In this document: positions 5,603-6,136 of the stretch, piece by piece | Layout of the letters: each line of letters starts with the position of its first letter | Position numbering within the stretch: the stretch's first letter is position 1 | From: a virus | IMG/VR virus record: IMGVR_UViG_3300029541_000072 | Location: 1 to 6,136 of that record | Direction: 5' to 3' (one strand) | DNA length: 6,136 nt | Position numbers and translations under genes: made by a program | Notes under the pieces: generated by a model | The model's input: only the letters and a program-made list of their open reading frames with translations | Databases searched by the model: none | Told to the model about the DNA's origin: nothing

Positions 5603-6136
5603 ATGAGTGATTTTAATCCTTTGGACCGAGCTAAAATTAATGTTCATCGCTCGTCGTTCGATTTAAGTTCAAAGAAACTATTTTCCGCTAAAGTTGGTGA
5701 AATTTTACCTTGTTATTGGCAGATTGCTATTCCCGGTAATAAGTATCGTATTTCTTCTGATTGGTTTACCCGTACTGTCCCTGTTAATACGGCTGCTTAT
5801 ACCCGTATTAAAGAGTATTATGATTTTTACGCTGTGCCGTTACGTCTGATTTCCCGTGCTCTCCCGCAGGCATTTACCCAGATGTCTGATTATATGACCT
5901 CTGCCGATAGCGGTACTTCTAATACTAAGATGTTGTCTTCTGTACCTAATACATCTTTGCTTAATATTAGTAATACTCTTGCTCTTGCTGTCGGTTCTGG
6001 CTCTGATTTGCTTGATGATGCCGGTCTTCCGTTTTCATATGGTTCTTGTAAGATTTTGGATTTATTGGGTTATGGTTCATTTCTTGCTAGTGATAATATT
6101 TCTAAAAAGGCAATTACCAAATCATATTTAGGTCTT
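5603..6136 (+). CDS. Major capsid protein, N-terminal part. It runs off the window end into the duplicated region and continues at 1..1305.
   Basis: It starts 'MSDFNPLDRAKINVHRSSFDLSSKKLFSAKVGEILPCYWQIAIPGNKYRISSDWFTRTVPVNTAAYTRIKEYYDFYAVPLRL', the canonical microvirus MCP N-terminus. There is no in-frame stop before the window end, and 6038..6136 is identical to 1..99. Confidence 0.9.
   Translation, partial: MSDFNPLDRAKINVHRSSFDLSSKKLFSAKVGEILPCYWQIAIPGNKYRISSDWFTRTVPVNTAAYTRIKEYYDFYAVPLRLISRALPQAFTQMSDYMTSADSGTSNTKMLSSVPNTSLLNISNTLALAVGSGSDLLDDAGLPFSYGSCKILDLLGYGSFLASDNISKKAITKSYLGL
6038..6136. repeat. Terminal redundancy: 6038..6136 is an exact copy of 1..99, which fixes the circular genome unit length at 6037 bp.
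   Basis: Direct comparison of the first and last 99 bases of the window (tatggttcttgtaagattttggatttattgggttatggttc...ggtctt). Confidence 0.95.

Noticed and set aside
1-6136. CRISPR arrays, IS elements, rRNA
   Set aside because: No regularly spaced direct repeats, no transposase-like ORF and no rRNA-like composition. The only long repeat is the 99-bp terminal redundancy explained by circularity.

Overview
The window holds a complete circular ssDNA Microviridae genome of 6037 bp; the final 99 bp (6038..6136) exactly repeat bases 1..99, so the window overlaps itself across the circular junction. All genes sit on the T-rich + strand, tightly packed, with overlapping stop/start codons. The gene order is major capsid protein (MCP, spans the junction: 5603..6037 plus 1..1305, about 579 aa), a 148-aa acidic protein, a 380-aa DNA-pilot/minor capsid protein, a roughly 400-nt non-coding region, a 70-aa acidic protein, a 27-aa hydrophobic micro-ORF, a 103-aa zinc peptidase (Peptidase_M15/LAS-like), a 559-aa HUH rolling-circle Rep, and back to the MCP. 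The non-coding region is unusually GC-rich and carries several hairpins. No Shine-Dalgarno sequences are visible before any gene, and a Bacteroidetes-type promoter (TTTG, 19 nt, TAnnTTTG) lies in the non-coding region; both point to a Bacteroidetes host (Alpavirinae-like lineage). The main things to follow up are the translationally coupled membrane-peptide plus M15-peptidase pair, which may be a lysis cassette, and the GC-rich structured non-coding island, which contains a small arginine-rich ORF.
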